Positions 26,889-39,894 of a stretch of DNA of 64,000 bases are shown piece after piece. The notes under the pieces are model-generated. The model ran no database searches and was not told the DNA's origin. It was given only the letters and a program-made list of their open reading frames with translations. Numbering within the stretch: the first letter of the stretch is position 1; each line of letters starts with the position of its first letter. The DNA lies in assembly GCA_964016885.1 (NCBI GenBank), contig CAXHJY010001064.1, positions 10,789 to 74,788 on the forward strand, written 5' to 3'. This stretch comes from Eledone cirrhosa. Taxonomy: Eukaryota. Made by a program: the position numbers and the translations under genes.

Positions 26889-28129
26889 GTCATGATCATC
26901 ATTATGGTGGTATATAAATAGAAAACTTATTTGCTGTAGTTATCACAAATATAATTTTATTTTGTTTATAAACAGGCTGATTGATTTTCCAATTGCAGGT
27001 GTTATATGATAAATTATACATACATATATATACAATATACACAACGGGTATTCAGAAGATACATTACATACCTGAATGATTATAACAAATATAAATATAT
27101 ATATATATTGCCAAACAAAGGGTCGAAAGGAGTCTTCAAGTAGGTCAAATGCATCCAGTACACTGTGTAAAGTGGTTAGTGACCATGGTTTGCTCATATA
27201 ATTCGTTTTTAGCTTGGTTTTCTATGGCTTGATGCTCTTCCTAATGTCAACTACATTTCAACATGGACTAGAAACTATTTTAGTGACACCAGCACTACTA
27301 CGTTCAGAGTTGTCAGGGTGCTTTTTGTCATGACAGCAATACAACCACCTTGCAGAGAGGATTAGTTACTATTGTTGTGGCATCAGCATGACAACCTTAC
27401 AGAGTGGACTGGGTGAACTGGGTGATGTGCATATGTGTATTTGTCTCTCTCTTCTCTTTGCATATTGACATTGCAAGAGGTGATATTTGTTTACATTCTG
27501 TATAAAGAGAAATTTCGCTATTCAGTAGTAAGATGTGCAAAGATCTGTATTTAACTTCTAAATTTTGCTCTCAAAGTACTGGTCAGTCCAAGGCTATAGT
27601 AGACAACACTTTCTCAAGGTGCTACGCAGTAGAATCAAAACTGAAACCACATAGATGTCAAGCAAACTTCTTTACCAAACAGCCATGCTAGTACTATTTA
27701 GTGACAAATAACCTTCTGAATGATATTAGTTACTCTTTGATAGTTGGGTTATATGTGAGCTATTTCTAGCATCATTTCATACCTGTCACATTGTCCATGA
27801 TATACAAATATTTGCTTGGTTGGTTGATCCATGCATGCATGTAATTTTTACACCACGCTGGATTGGTAAGGATTTATTCCATTTACCAACAGGTAAATAT
27901 TATTTTTATACTTAAAAAAAAGCCCTCTGAAGAAATTATATTCTTCAGCATTGTCTGTTTTATGTATTCAAATGGTCAATGCTTTTTCTTGACAAATGAA
28001 ACCACAATAAGGCTAAGATTATTGGTAAAGGTGTCTTATTTAGGAGGTTTACTAGGAATCTGCCTGTAGATAACTTTGTAAAATTTATACTATATGTATA
28101 TCATAATCATCATCATCATCATCACTATT

Positions 28130-28160
<31 letters not shown>

Positions 28161-29632
28161 ACACGCACACGTGTGTGTATGTGTGTACACATGCATTTAT
28201 TTCTTGACTGATTTCAGTCATTGAGCCTTAACTATGCTGAACCATTTCAGTCTGATACATGATTTATTCATGAACTGGTTAAGTTACTATTGACATCTAG
28301 GGACTGATGGTATATACTATGCACACACACAGACACATACATATGTATTATAACCATACGTTTATATATGTTCGCTTGCTTTTAAGTACACATGTGTGAG
28401 GTATTGTTGTTTAGCTCCAAGTCAGTTCTTATTGAATTGTCCTATAGCACATACATGATCAGTTAAATGACTAGGTGCCATCTTTCAATGGGTACAAGGT
28501 GAAAAATGGCCACAGGATGCCATTGGAAAGAAGCTGTTGTAGAAGAAGACTGGAAAACTCTGGATAAAGGTAATGAGAACTGATCTCAAAACACTGAACC
28601 ACGTAGTGAAGATGATGAAGTAATGTTAATAGTGTAAGGAGGCTGTGCTGAAAAGGACCCATCCAACCCATGCAAACATGAAAAGGTAGATGATGATGAG
28701 GATGATATATGCTTTAAAAAAAATATATATATATATATATCATCATCATCATCACTGTTTAACGTCCATTTTTCCATACTTGCATGGGTCAGATGGGTCA
28801 TCCGCATAGAGAGACATGCTGTACATTGCTTCGGCGGGACTGTAAATTTGGCCGGAGATTTTACAGCAGTATGCCCTTCCTAACACCAACCACATTTACA
28901 GTGTGGGACTGGATGGCACCACAATGAGGAAGGGTATGCTAGTTGGCTGTGTCACAGCAGAACCATGGTTTGGGTGCCACAACCACATTTGCAGAGTGGA
29001 ACTGGAGGGCACCTCTATGAGGAGGAACAGGTCAGTTGGCTGCACTGAACCCATCTGATAGGACCTGGTGGAAGAAGTGTTTGAGGACTCTGCCCCCACA
29101 ACCCTCTCAGGAATAAGTGGGCAAAGAAAAAGATATGTTGATTGTGTAACAGCTAATAAATACATCAGCTAATTATATCCAGTATATACACATTGAAGGA
29201 CCTTCAGCTATAGAAACCAAGCCCAAAACAAAATATATGAGCAAGACATGGTCACTTGATAGTCAAACCATACGGATTTAAAAACTGTCTAACCCATGCA
29301 AGCATGGAAAATAGATGATGATGATGACATATATATGGAAATGTATGGAAAACTTACATGCATGTTTTAGTAAACAAACATTTCTAATCTCATGCTGAAA
29401 TGTTGACACCATGGTTAAATTCTAAGTTTTTTCCTAAGAGCCAGAAAAAACAGATCAGGCTGACTAGTTTCAGCATTCACCAGTTACTCCTTTCTCTTCA
29501 CAGAGAAAAAGAGTAGTTTACACTGAAATGAAATATTCATTTTTCTCTGTGTATATTTTGTTTCTCAATTTCTTTTCTTTCCTTTTTTCAAGTCACAACT
29601 TTATTTAATATGTGAATGATGTGATGAATCAT

Positions 29633-29803
29633 TTAAACCTTTAGCATTTATACCGGCCATATCCAGCCAGTATTCTCTCACCTCATTCTGTTCAAACGGG
29701 CCATAACCAGCTGCTCATACTTATGTTAAAGTATTGTTCTCGAAAGCCTTTACTGTGAAAATACAATAGTAAATGTATAGTAATGTAAGTGCTAAAGGAT
29801 TAA
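29633..29803. mobile_element. piggyBac-like MITE (internally deleted)
   Basis: TTAA ends with cctttagcattta / taagtgctaaagg TIRs. Confidence 0.75.
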
Positions 29804-30633
29804 GCCCAATGCAACCATAGTGAATTATAACAATATTTATTTTTCATTTTATTTAATTATATTTTTTATTAGTTAATAATTTTTTCTTTTTCTTTTTTCG
29901 AAATTAGTATTCATTTAAGTATTTTGTATAAACACTATGAAATTTGAAAAAATATAGTATTTTGTTGTCTTTGGAATGTTGCTGAATGTTACTGTCAGAG
30001 GCAAAAGTGTACTCCCAAAATTGTCCAATATACAACAGGTAACCAGGTCATCTCTTTACTGAAAACATTAGATTCTGAACTTATGCAAACATGTTCAAAT
30101 AAAATATATACATATTTCAACACAGAAGCAAAACAGCTAGAGTGAAACATCAAATATCTTTATTTCTATTTCTTGGCTGTCTTTTCTACACAGTTACTAA
30201 TATATAAATATTCAACCTGGATATTAAATAAAACATAAGTAGGGAAGGATATCAAAGATATAATTGAGTTTGCAAATACTTTTTATTATAGATATTTTCC
30301 TTATGGAAGACTTCTGCCTTATCAGATGTGTTTTGAGGTAAAGGCTGAAAGTATTTACAATCCTGATTATATTTTAATAATGGTTTTTACTTTAGGCACA
30401 AGACCAGTAATTATATTCTAACAATGAAAGCACCAACTGAAGGTTGGTTAGCTTTGTTTGTTAGAGTGTAAAGTGGATAACATTATCATTATCATCATCA
30501 TCATTTAACATCTATTTTCCATGCTAGCATGGGTTAGGCAGGTTTGTCCCATTAGAGTCAAGGGGGACCAACCCGTCTAACCCCTGCTAGTGTGAATGTT
30601 AATGGTTCAATTCTCATATTAGCCATCTTTTAG

Positions 30634-30852
30634 TGTGGTGGATTGGCAGAGTTGGTAGCACATTATAAAATACCACTGGAGTATTTGTACTGGCTCTTTA
30701 CACTCTGTGTTCAAATCCTGCTGAGGTCAACTTTACCTTTCATCCTTCTGGAGGTCAATAAAAAAAAGTACCAGTAAAGTACTGGGGTTGATTAAAATCA
30801 ACTTTATCCTTCACTAAAATTTGCTGGCTTTCTGCCTATGCTGGAAATCAAT
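30634..30852 (+). mobile_element. Older SINE copy
   Basis: tggtggattggcagagttggtag head, gttcaaatcc B box, core and tail. Confidence 0.7.
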
Positions 30853-31281
30853 AATGAAAGCACCAGCCAAGTAATGAAGAGGAGACACATTTCATTGACT
30901 TTCCACTCTTCCTACCTCACTCCCAAAAAAGGATCTGTCACCATGTTCTTAAGCTAGGTCCTATTAACCCTATTGTGACCATATTTCTAATGAAATACAC
31001 TCTATTTCAATTAATTAATGAAGAAGTTTAACAGATATACTAAAATAAGTAATTATTTCAATATTAAGATAATAAATAACTTAATATATAGCTCTTATAT
31101 GTCAGAAGATTTTAATTTAAAATGAGATGACCCCCTCCCCACCACCACCACGAATAAGTGATAAAAAAAAAAAGAAGAGAAGTTTTGCTTCATAAAACCA
31201 GAGCCAGTTTGTGCTGGGCTGGGCTGGTATCAAATGAGTTAATACATAATTTTTTTTTTTTAAATCATAAATGTGCTAATC

Positions 31282-31478
31282 TGAGGGTCGGCTGAAAAGT
31301 TCATAGGCTGACTATGAAGGAATTATGCTAGAGCTGTGAAATCTTGCATGCATTAATTTTAACTCTTCTTATTAATAAATGTATTGTTCCTTTCCAGGGG
31401 CTATGTTGAAAAATCAACCTCATTTGGTCATTCCATGAGAGTATCTTGGTCAGCCTATGAACATTTCAGCCGACTCTC
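31282..31478. mobile_element. Tc1/mariner-type MITE
   Basis: gagggtcggctgaaaagttcataggctgac ... gtcagcctatgaacatttcagccgactctc. Confidence 0.8.
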
Positions 31479-32292
31479 CTCATATGTAAATGTTAAAGTT
31501 TTCTTTAAGGGTAAAATGTAAGATAGCTGTCTATATAAACAAATAATAGACTATTTACTTGGACAAAAGGGGAGATTTAATACTCACTTGTTCAGTCAAT
31601 ATCAATATGAAAGGCAAAAAATAAAATAAAAGGCAAAAAATAAAATAAAAGGCAAAAAGCTTTTGTAGTATTTTATGTTGAATTGTTTTCTCTTTAAATT
31701 GATTTTATGGCTGTGGAGATATTCCAGAGAAGAGGTTGTATCAAATATCTATTTTTCCATGTTGGCATAGGTTTAATTGGCAGAATCGTTTGAGCATCCA
31801 ATAAAGGCCTTGTAGCAAATTGTTCTAACTCACAGTGGGATTTGAACTTTCTGGGAGGTCAACTTTGTTTTTAATACTTCTGGGATATGTACTACCAGTC
31901 AATAACTAGGATTGATCTGTTTCCTCTTCTTCTTCCTTCTCCTCTTCCTCTTCCTCCTTCTTCTTCTCTCCCCCTCTCTCTCTCAAAATTGGCTGTTAAG
32001 CTGGAAGACAACCATGAGGGAGCACTCACAGTTTTCCTTGCCTCCAGGAGACTAGGAGGTTTGAGTAAAATGCTAACAACTGCTTCTTAATAAAAAATGT
32101 TGCCAAATCATCGAAAGGAACAAGATAATACAGTATGTATGAGCAGACAATTGTGCTTTATGGCATGGAACAATATTAAAGGAAATACATTTAACCCTTT
32201 TGTTGCTACATTTCTAATAAAAGACACTGTCTATGATATTCAAATAACTTGGAAAATAGAGGTATTTAGTAATATGACTGAATTTCTCTTTA

Positions 32293-32515
32293 TTAACCCA
32301 TTAGCATTTACATTACATTATATTTATTATTGTATTTTTTCGTGGTAAAGGCTTTATCTCACATAATATCGAATCTATGAGATTTTGATATTATATTATT
32401 TATTTTGAGAACAATACCTTAACATCAGTATGAGTGGCCAGTTACGGCCAATTTGAACAGAAAGAAGTGAGATAATTCTGGCTGGATACAGCCAGTTTAA
32501 ATACTAAAGGGTTAA
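32293..32515. mobile_element. piggyBac-like MITE
   Basis: TTAA-cccattagcattta ... taaatactaaaggg-TTAA. Confidence 0.85.
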
Positions 32516-33342
32516 GATGGTGTTTGGAACATAAATCAACAAAGGTTCGTACATAAAATAATGATTGAAGGTTTAAAACAAACAGTTTTGTATTGTAGAA
32601 CCAGGGGTGGTTTCAGCCAGTTTAATATCAAATAAGAACCCCACCCCCTTATTTTTGAGTGGCCTACACTTCTTAATATGTTTTTCTCTATTACAAGTAT
32701 CTTCCACTGTGATCACATTTCCATCCTTCACATATTGTCCATTATATATCATGTCTTCACACCAGAACAGTTATCTATCTTGCTAAACAGCTGATGCCTT
32801 TAATGGGCAGCTATTTTCTCACCTGTGTTTTGTTTCTGTAAAGTGGTTGTGTTAGTGCCATGCCAAAAAGCACCCAGTCCACACTATAAAGTGGTCATTT
32901 TGGTGCCAAGATAAAAGGCACCCAGTACACAATGTAAATGTGGTTGGCATTAGGAAGGGCATCCAGCTGTAGAAAACAAGCCAGAAATGGTTCTGTATGA
33001 GCAAGACACAGTCATCTGGTCTGACTTGTTTCACAACAGGACAACCCATCTAACCCATGCTAGCATAGAAAATGCACATTAAACAGTGATAACGATGATG
33101 ATGATGATGATGTAGATTAGCATTACACATCCAACAGCTCACTCTTACCTTATTTTATCCAACTTCCATAGATTTTCTATATTAAATTACCATGTCTCAA
33201 CAATATGCCATGTCTCAACATATCAAACATGTATTTTTATATACTAGAGTTTGTTTCAACATGCTGACACATATGCGTATGTGTGTGTATGTAGATTGTA
33301 CACACAAGTGTAGTGGATGTTAGATACTGTTTTCTGTAGTTT

Positions 33343-33701
33343 GTCATCACCCCTTCCTTCCTCAATCATCTCTAGTGTGTGACATCGTCACCCCTTCCTT
33401 CCTCAGTCATCTCTGGTGTGTGACATTATTACCCCTTCCTTCCTCAATCATCTCTGATGTGTGACATTATTACCCCTTCCTTCCTCAATCATCTCTGGTG
33501 TGTGACATCGTCACCCCTTCCTTCCTTGGTCATCTCAAGTATTTGATATCATCACCCCTTCCTTCCCCAATCATCTCTAGTGTGTGACATTGTTACCCTT
33601 TCCTCTCTCAATCATCTCTAGTGTGTGACATTGTCACCCCTTCCTTCCTCAATCATCTCTAGTGTGTGACATCGTCACCCCTTCCTCCCTCTAGTGTGTG
33701 A
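33343..33701. repeat. 41-bp minisatellite, ~9 copies
   Basis: Unit catcgtcaccccttccttcctcaatcatctctagtgtgtga (cccc at 33350, 33391...). Confidence 0.9.
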
Positions 33702-35559
33702 TGGAAGGATGGACAGAAGTTGCTCAAATTTATATAAGCATGCTTCATGTTGACAGCCTTTCTTTTTAATATACGGAGAGACATATCATTTCTTAATAAG
33801 ACGTGACTGTTGGACTTGCTAGAAATAACAACTAAATTTACTTTAAACCAAACCCCACAGTCTTAAAAAAGGAATTGATACATTATATAATCTAGCCCTA
33901 CATATATCATGTCTGCCAAAATGTAGGATGGCCAAGAGGCTGGAACACCTTTCATCATAGGTCCACTCTATTAGAGCTGACTAGGGAATAACAACAACAA
34001 AGGAAACAGTTTTCTGAATGTGTTTCTCTCTCGCTCCCTTTCTCTCTAGAATGGACCTATGATGAACACCTTTCATCATAGGTCCACTCTATTAGAGCTG
34101 ACTAGGGAACAACAACAACAGCAGCAACAACAAAGGAAACAGTTTTCTGAATGAGTTTCTCTGTAGCTGCTATACTATCATTACAATCCTTCAACTATCT
34201 CCAGGAAGACTAACTAGATCACCTAGACAACAGAAAATATCTACTAGATTCTGGTGTGTCAACTGACCATTTTTCATTGACTTCATTTCATTGTTGTTCC
34301 TACTTTGACTATTTCCATACATCACATGTCCTCATTTTAATTTTGAAACAAATAGAAAAAAAGCAAAGAGCAAAAAAACAAACAAAACAAAAAAAAAAGT
34401 GTCTAGTCAGTCTGTAAGTAAACTGTTCAAGTTATACAAATATAAGGATGGCATCAGATCCTGTCTGTATTTGATACCATCAATCTTATTTTACTACTCT
34501 TTCACCACTCCACCCCCCTCTCTACCATGTTACTCTTTATTGACATCCACCACACTATATCTCTCACTTACAATCAACCATATTTATTGTTATTCATCAT
34601 CTACTATCTCTTACCACTTCCCATCTTTATTGTTAATCTTTAATTTTTTCACACACACACACATACTCTCTCGCTATCTCTAATGCGCATTACTCTTTAC
34701 TCCATTACTTTTTGTTCATATATATATCTCTCTTCCTCTTTTCTATCACTCTGTCACTCCCACATCATCCATCATGTCACTCATGTGTTTTTAATCAATA
34801 TCCTTACCAGAAATCAACATGTAGCTGTCTGCCATTGCCATTGCCACTGTCCTACGAGTCTCTTGCACCGTATCATTCTGTTTCACCCAGATTTAATATC
34901 TTATTTTTCCATTCCTGCATGGCTAAGACAGTTTGTCAGGTCAGGTGACCAGCATCTTGCTGATATGGATCTGTATTTTGACTTGGATGCTCTTCCTAAC
35001 ACCAACCAGGTTATAGTGTAGACTGGGTGCTTTTTATCATGGCACCAAAACAGCTATCTCACGGGGTGGACTGGGTGTTTTCTTGTCATGTCACCAATAT
35101 GACCAGATGAGGTCTGTGGAAGAATGAGACCTACAAAGACATGGGATGAAGAGGTGAAGTCTGAACTTAGGCAGTTGAACCTCACCTCAGAGATGCCAAA
35201 AGACTATGATAACTGGTGACATGTGGTATGAAAAATGCACTCAGGACACCCTGTAAGGTGGTTGCTTATAAGAAGGGCATCCAGCTGTAGAAACCATATC
35301 AAAAAGGATTGAAAAGACTTCAGTTGTGTCAAGAGTACAGTAACTTCTCTAGTGTTGGTGATATGATAAAATGCACCCTGTACGCTCTCCTGAATGATGG
35401 AATGTAGTTCAGTTAGATGTGGCTCAGACACATCTGAGAGATCAGTGGTTTCGATTAAGAACTGACCTAATCTGTAACGACTCATCTAATTCCCAAGCAG
35501 GGAAAATGACTGTTAAAATTATGATGATAATATATATACATCTATATATACACACATTT

Positions 35560-35599
<40 letters not shown>

Positions 35600-36500
35600 G
35601 TAGAAGTATTTATCTAAGAGTAAACCTGTGTATCAAGCATTCACTGACCTGGAAAAGGCCTTTGACAGAGTATCTTGTTCCATAATCTAGAGGCTCACAG
35701 GAAAATAGGCGTAGATGAGTGGCTGTTGAGGTCTGTACAAGACATGCACAGAGATGCTGTCAGTAAGGTTAGAATTAACAATTACCTAGTTCTCAGAGTT
35801 GAATCCACAGAAAAGAAATAGCAGACATGGAAGCCTTAAAGTCAACTTAGCAAAAACTTAAATCCAAGTAAGAAAGATGAAAGAACCCTAATTCTGGCAG
35901 GGAAATAGCCATGATAAATATGCAAAAACAGAATTGGTAGAATCTATGGGTACATGAGAGATGTAGTGAGATCTCCGGGAAGCTTTCAAAGAATGTCCAC
36001 ATGTGACTGATGTAGGAAAGGTTTTGGGAGCTATTACCTATGTTAGCTACAAAGGGTTTCTCCCTCAGGATGAAAAGAAAATTGTATGGTGCCTGTTTGA
36101 AAACTGCAATGATGTATGGATGTGAGGTATGGGCCTTGAATGTAGAGGATTTATACCAGTGACCATGCTCCTACAGGTGTGTAATAGCAGTGGGCATGAA
36201 TAATGAAGCAATATTGAACTAAAAGAAAAGTTGAGTATAAGGATTCAAGATGCAATGTACAAAAGAGAAGCCTGCACTAGTATGGTTATATGATATATAT
36301 GGAAGATCACAGCTGCATAAAGTGCAAGGCACACAAAATTAATGGACACTGAAGAAAAGGTACACCAAGGAAAATTTGTGGTATGTGTTGACCTCAAAAA
36401 GGTTGACCTCAAAAAGCTGAACCTTATGAAAGAGATGAGACAAAATCGAAGTGACTGGCACTGTCATATTACAGAAGACTCACTTCCCCACAACAAAGTA
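35600..36500 (+). pseudogene. Decayed RTE family A RT fragment
   Basis: gacctggaaaaggcctttgacagag (DLEKAFDR), gtcagtaaggttagaattaac and gctacaaagggtttctccctc, with many stops. Confidence 0.75.
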
Positions 36501-37540
36501 AGATGAAATGAGATTGGAATTGTAGATAGTAAAAAGCATACAGGTGAAACGATATTTAGGACCCACTTCTCAGCCAATATACTCTCTTCTATCTTTTCTA
36601 TCTTGCACATTTGATTTCCCCTCTCTCACCTTACTCACTCCCCCATTCACATCCCTGAATCTTCCTTCCTTGTCAGCATGGAAAGATGGACGCATCGCCA
36701 TAGTGTACAGCCATACGTTGCTTGTTGACTCTCTCACATTCAAAAGTCACCCCATTACCCAACAATTATTTTTCCTCTATTTACATCCCCAAATTCTCAC
36801 TCCCTTGCCCAAATATGCCAGCTGGTAAAACGCGTGTACCAAACATTACTCTTTAAGGCCACCCCTCTGTCGGCAAGCAATATCTAGATTAACCCCTGCT
36901 ATAATTGACCGAAGATGCAACAAGCACTTAGTGTCAAAACATGGTAACGCTTGTGCCATGATAAAATGCATCCAGTCCTCTCTATCAAGTAGAAAACGCA
37001 CCTTGTTTATTATGTAATTATATATATATATATATATACATACAATGAATATGTATGAATATTATAATATATATATATATCATATACAAATGAATATATG
37101 ATACAAATGAATATATGATAAACACTAATACAAGTATATAAGTGTTTGTATTGCAAATGACCAAGTTAGCTGGATTGAAAAATACTAATTAAATTAATAC
37201 AGTTTGCCTGTCTAGATTTAAAATAATAAATCAATAAAAACAAACCCATATTAGCAAAAGCCAATATATAGTATATATAGAGTATATATCATATATGTAT
37301 ATTATATATATAGGTGCCCCAGCATGGCCTCAGCCGGATGGCTGGAACAGGTAAAAGAGTATTATATATATCATATATATATCTATCATATATATATATC
37401 TATATATATATATATATATCTATATATATATATATATATCATATATATATATGTATTACATATATATATATATATATCATATATATATATATATATTACA
37501 TATATATATATATATATCATATATATATATATATATATAT

Positions 37541-39640
37541 GCTACTAAATGAGGAGAATAAATGGGAGAAAGACAGTCTCCCCCATATCGACCCAATAGA
37601 GGGACCAGCAGTGTTAGTCGAGGGGAGTATAATAAGTAAGGCAATCAAGGATATGAAGACAGGTAAGGCGGCTGGGCCTTCGGAAATAGTTGCTGAGATG
37701 CTGAAGGCATCTGGCACGGTGGGACACACCATGGTCACTCGCATAGTTAACCATGTCGTACAGAATGGGGTTGTTCCGAAGGAATGGCATAGCAGCATCA
37801 TCGTTAACTGTTATAAGGGTAAAGGAGACGCCCTAGATAGGAGTAACTATAGAGGCATTAAATTAATCGACCAGGTCATGAAGGTCACGGAAAAAGTAAT
37901 AGCGCAACTAATCAGAGAGAGAATTGACCTAGATGAAATGCAGTTCGGGTTTGTGTCAGGCAAAAGTACCACAGACGCTCTTTTCATAGTACGACAACTA
38001 CAGGAGAAGTTCCTAGCTAAAGGTAAACCCCTCTACTTAGCTTTTGTCGACTTGGAGAAAGCCTTCGACAGAGTCCCCCGCTCCATTATCTGGTGGGCTC
38101 TTAGAAAACTAGGCGTTGACGAATGGCTTGTGAAGGCTATACAAGCCATGTATAAAGAAACAGTCAGCAAGGTTAGAATTAACAACGAATATAGTGAAGA
38201 GTTTAGCGTAAAAGTTGGCGTCCATCAGGGCTCTGTTCTCAGCCCCCTACTATTTATTATTGCCCTTCAGGCTATAACAGAGGAGTTCAAGACAGGCTGC
38301 CCATGGGAACTCCTATACGCAGACGACCTGACACTCATAGCGGAATCAATGGCCGAGCTAGAGAAGAAATTCCAAACATGGAAGCACGGCCTAGAGTCAA
38401 AAGGACTTAAAATTAACCTGGCTAAGACCAAAGTTCTAGTTTGTAGGAAAGAAAACAAGGCGGCGGTCCCTTCTGGGAAATGGTCGTGCTCGGTGTGTAG
38501 GAAAGGCGTAGGTAGAAACTCCATTTTATGTCCTAAATGCAAAGTATGGGTGCATAAAAGATGTAGTGGGATCACAGGTAAGCTAACTAAGAACATAGAT
38601 TTTACATGTGGCCGGTGTTCTGGTGCAATAAGTAGCAGCAAGTGCCCACAAAATACTAGCTCTTTCAATTGCGCAGAGGGTTCTATAGAAATAGTGGACA
38701 GCTTCCGTTACCTGGGCGATAAAATCAGCAGTGGGGGAGGGTGCTCTGAAAGTACTGTAGCTAGAGTCAGAACTGGTTGGAAAAAGTTCAGAGAGCTTAT
38801 ACCACTATTAGCTGCTAAAGGGTTCTCCCTAAAAATGAAAGGCAGGTTGTACGATGCCTGCATACGAACAGCAATGTTGCATGGCAGTGAGACCTGGGCA
38901 TTGTGTGCAGAGGATATACGCAGACTAGAGAGGAACGAAGCTTGCATGCTCCGCTGGATGTGTAACAGTAATATACGTGAACGGCAAAGCATAAACGAAC
39001 TAAGGAAAAAATTAGAGATAAGAGGGATCAGATGTTGTTTACTCGAGAGAAGGCTACGTTGGTATGGACACGTGATGCGCATGAAAGTCGATAGCTGTAT
39101 AACAAAGTGCAGGGCAATAAAGATAGACGGTAGCCACGGAATAGGCAGACCTAGAAAAACCTGGGACGAGCTGATAAACTCCGACCTCACACACTTACAC
39201 CTCTCCAAGACAATGTCACTGGACCGAGACCTTTGGCGGTACTCAGTAACAGAGAAGACCCGCCTTGCCAGTAGGCATCTCTAACAAAATACACCCCGTC
39301 CCGCCACCACCCCCACCCCATCCACACCACCCCGTTCTATGTAAAGTTATGTTGGTGCCGCGCCATCCAGGCCGAAACAAATGAGATCGTGTAGGTGTCA
39401 CGACAAAAAAACACACAGTCCACGCTGTAATGTGGCCGTGTAGGCAACACGGTAAAAACCTCCCAGACCCACACTGTAAATGTGGTTGGTGTTAGGAAGG
39501 GCATCCAACTGTAGAAAACCTGCCAGACAGTCCTATGCGAGCAAGACAATCACTCTTGCCTCAAGTGGGACTACCCCCGTCCAAACCCATGCAAGCGTGG
39601 AACACGGACGTTAAACGTTGATGATGATGATGATGATGAT
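37541..39640 (+). mobile_element. RTE LINE family A, 5'-truncated copy (RT-PHD-thumb, 3' UTR, (GAT)n tail)
   Basis: ORF to 39284 with RT motifs. The N-terminal IYIY part of the listed ORF is microsatellite read-through. Confidence 0.95.
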
Positions 39641-39769
39641 TACATATATATATATATATATCATATATATATATATTACATATATATATATATATATATT
39701 ACATATATATATATATTACATATATATATATATATTACATATATATATATATATTACATATTATATATG

Positions 39770-39803
<34 letters not shown>

Positions 39804-39856
39804 CATATATATATATATATTACATATATATATATCATATATATATATATATATAT

Positions 39857-39891
<35 letters not shown>

Positions 39892-39894
<3 letters not shown>

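Noticed and set aside
27925-27950. CTGAAGA motif as a hammerhead (also CTGATGA at ~1813, ~2850, ~47445)
   Set aside because: No GAAA/stem III/stem I arrangement follows. At 27925 it is only a short hairpin.
33343-33701. 41-bp array as CRISPR or coding repeat
   Set aside because: Contiguous units without unique spacers, so an ordinary minisatellite.
37314-37540. N-terminal extension of the 656-aa ORF
   Set aside because: Read-through of a repeat fragment and a TA microsatellite. RTE homology begins at 37541.
38267-39208. Antisense ORFs overlapping RTE (also 41818-42759, 19827-20198, 11436-11936, 8077-8412)
   Set aside because: Shadow frames on the opposite strand of LINE coding sequence.
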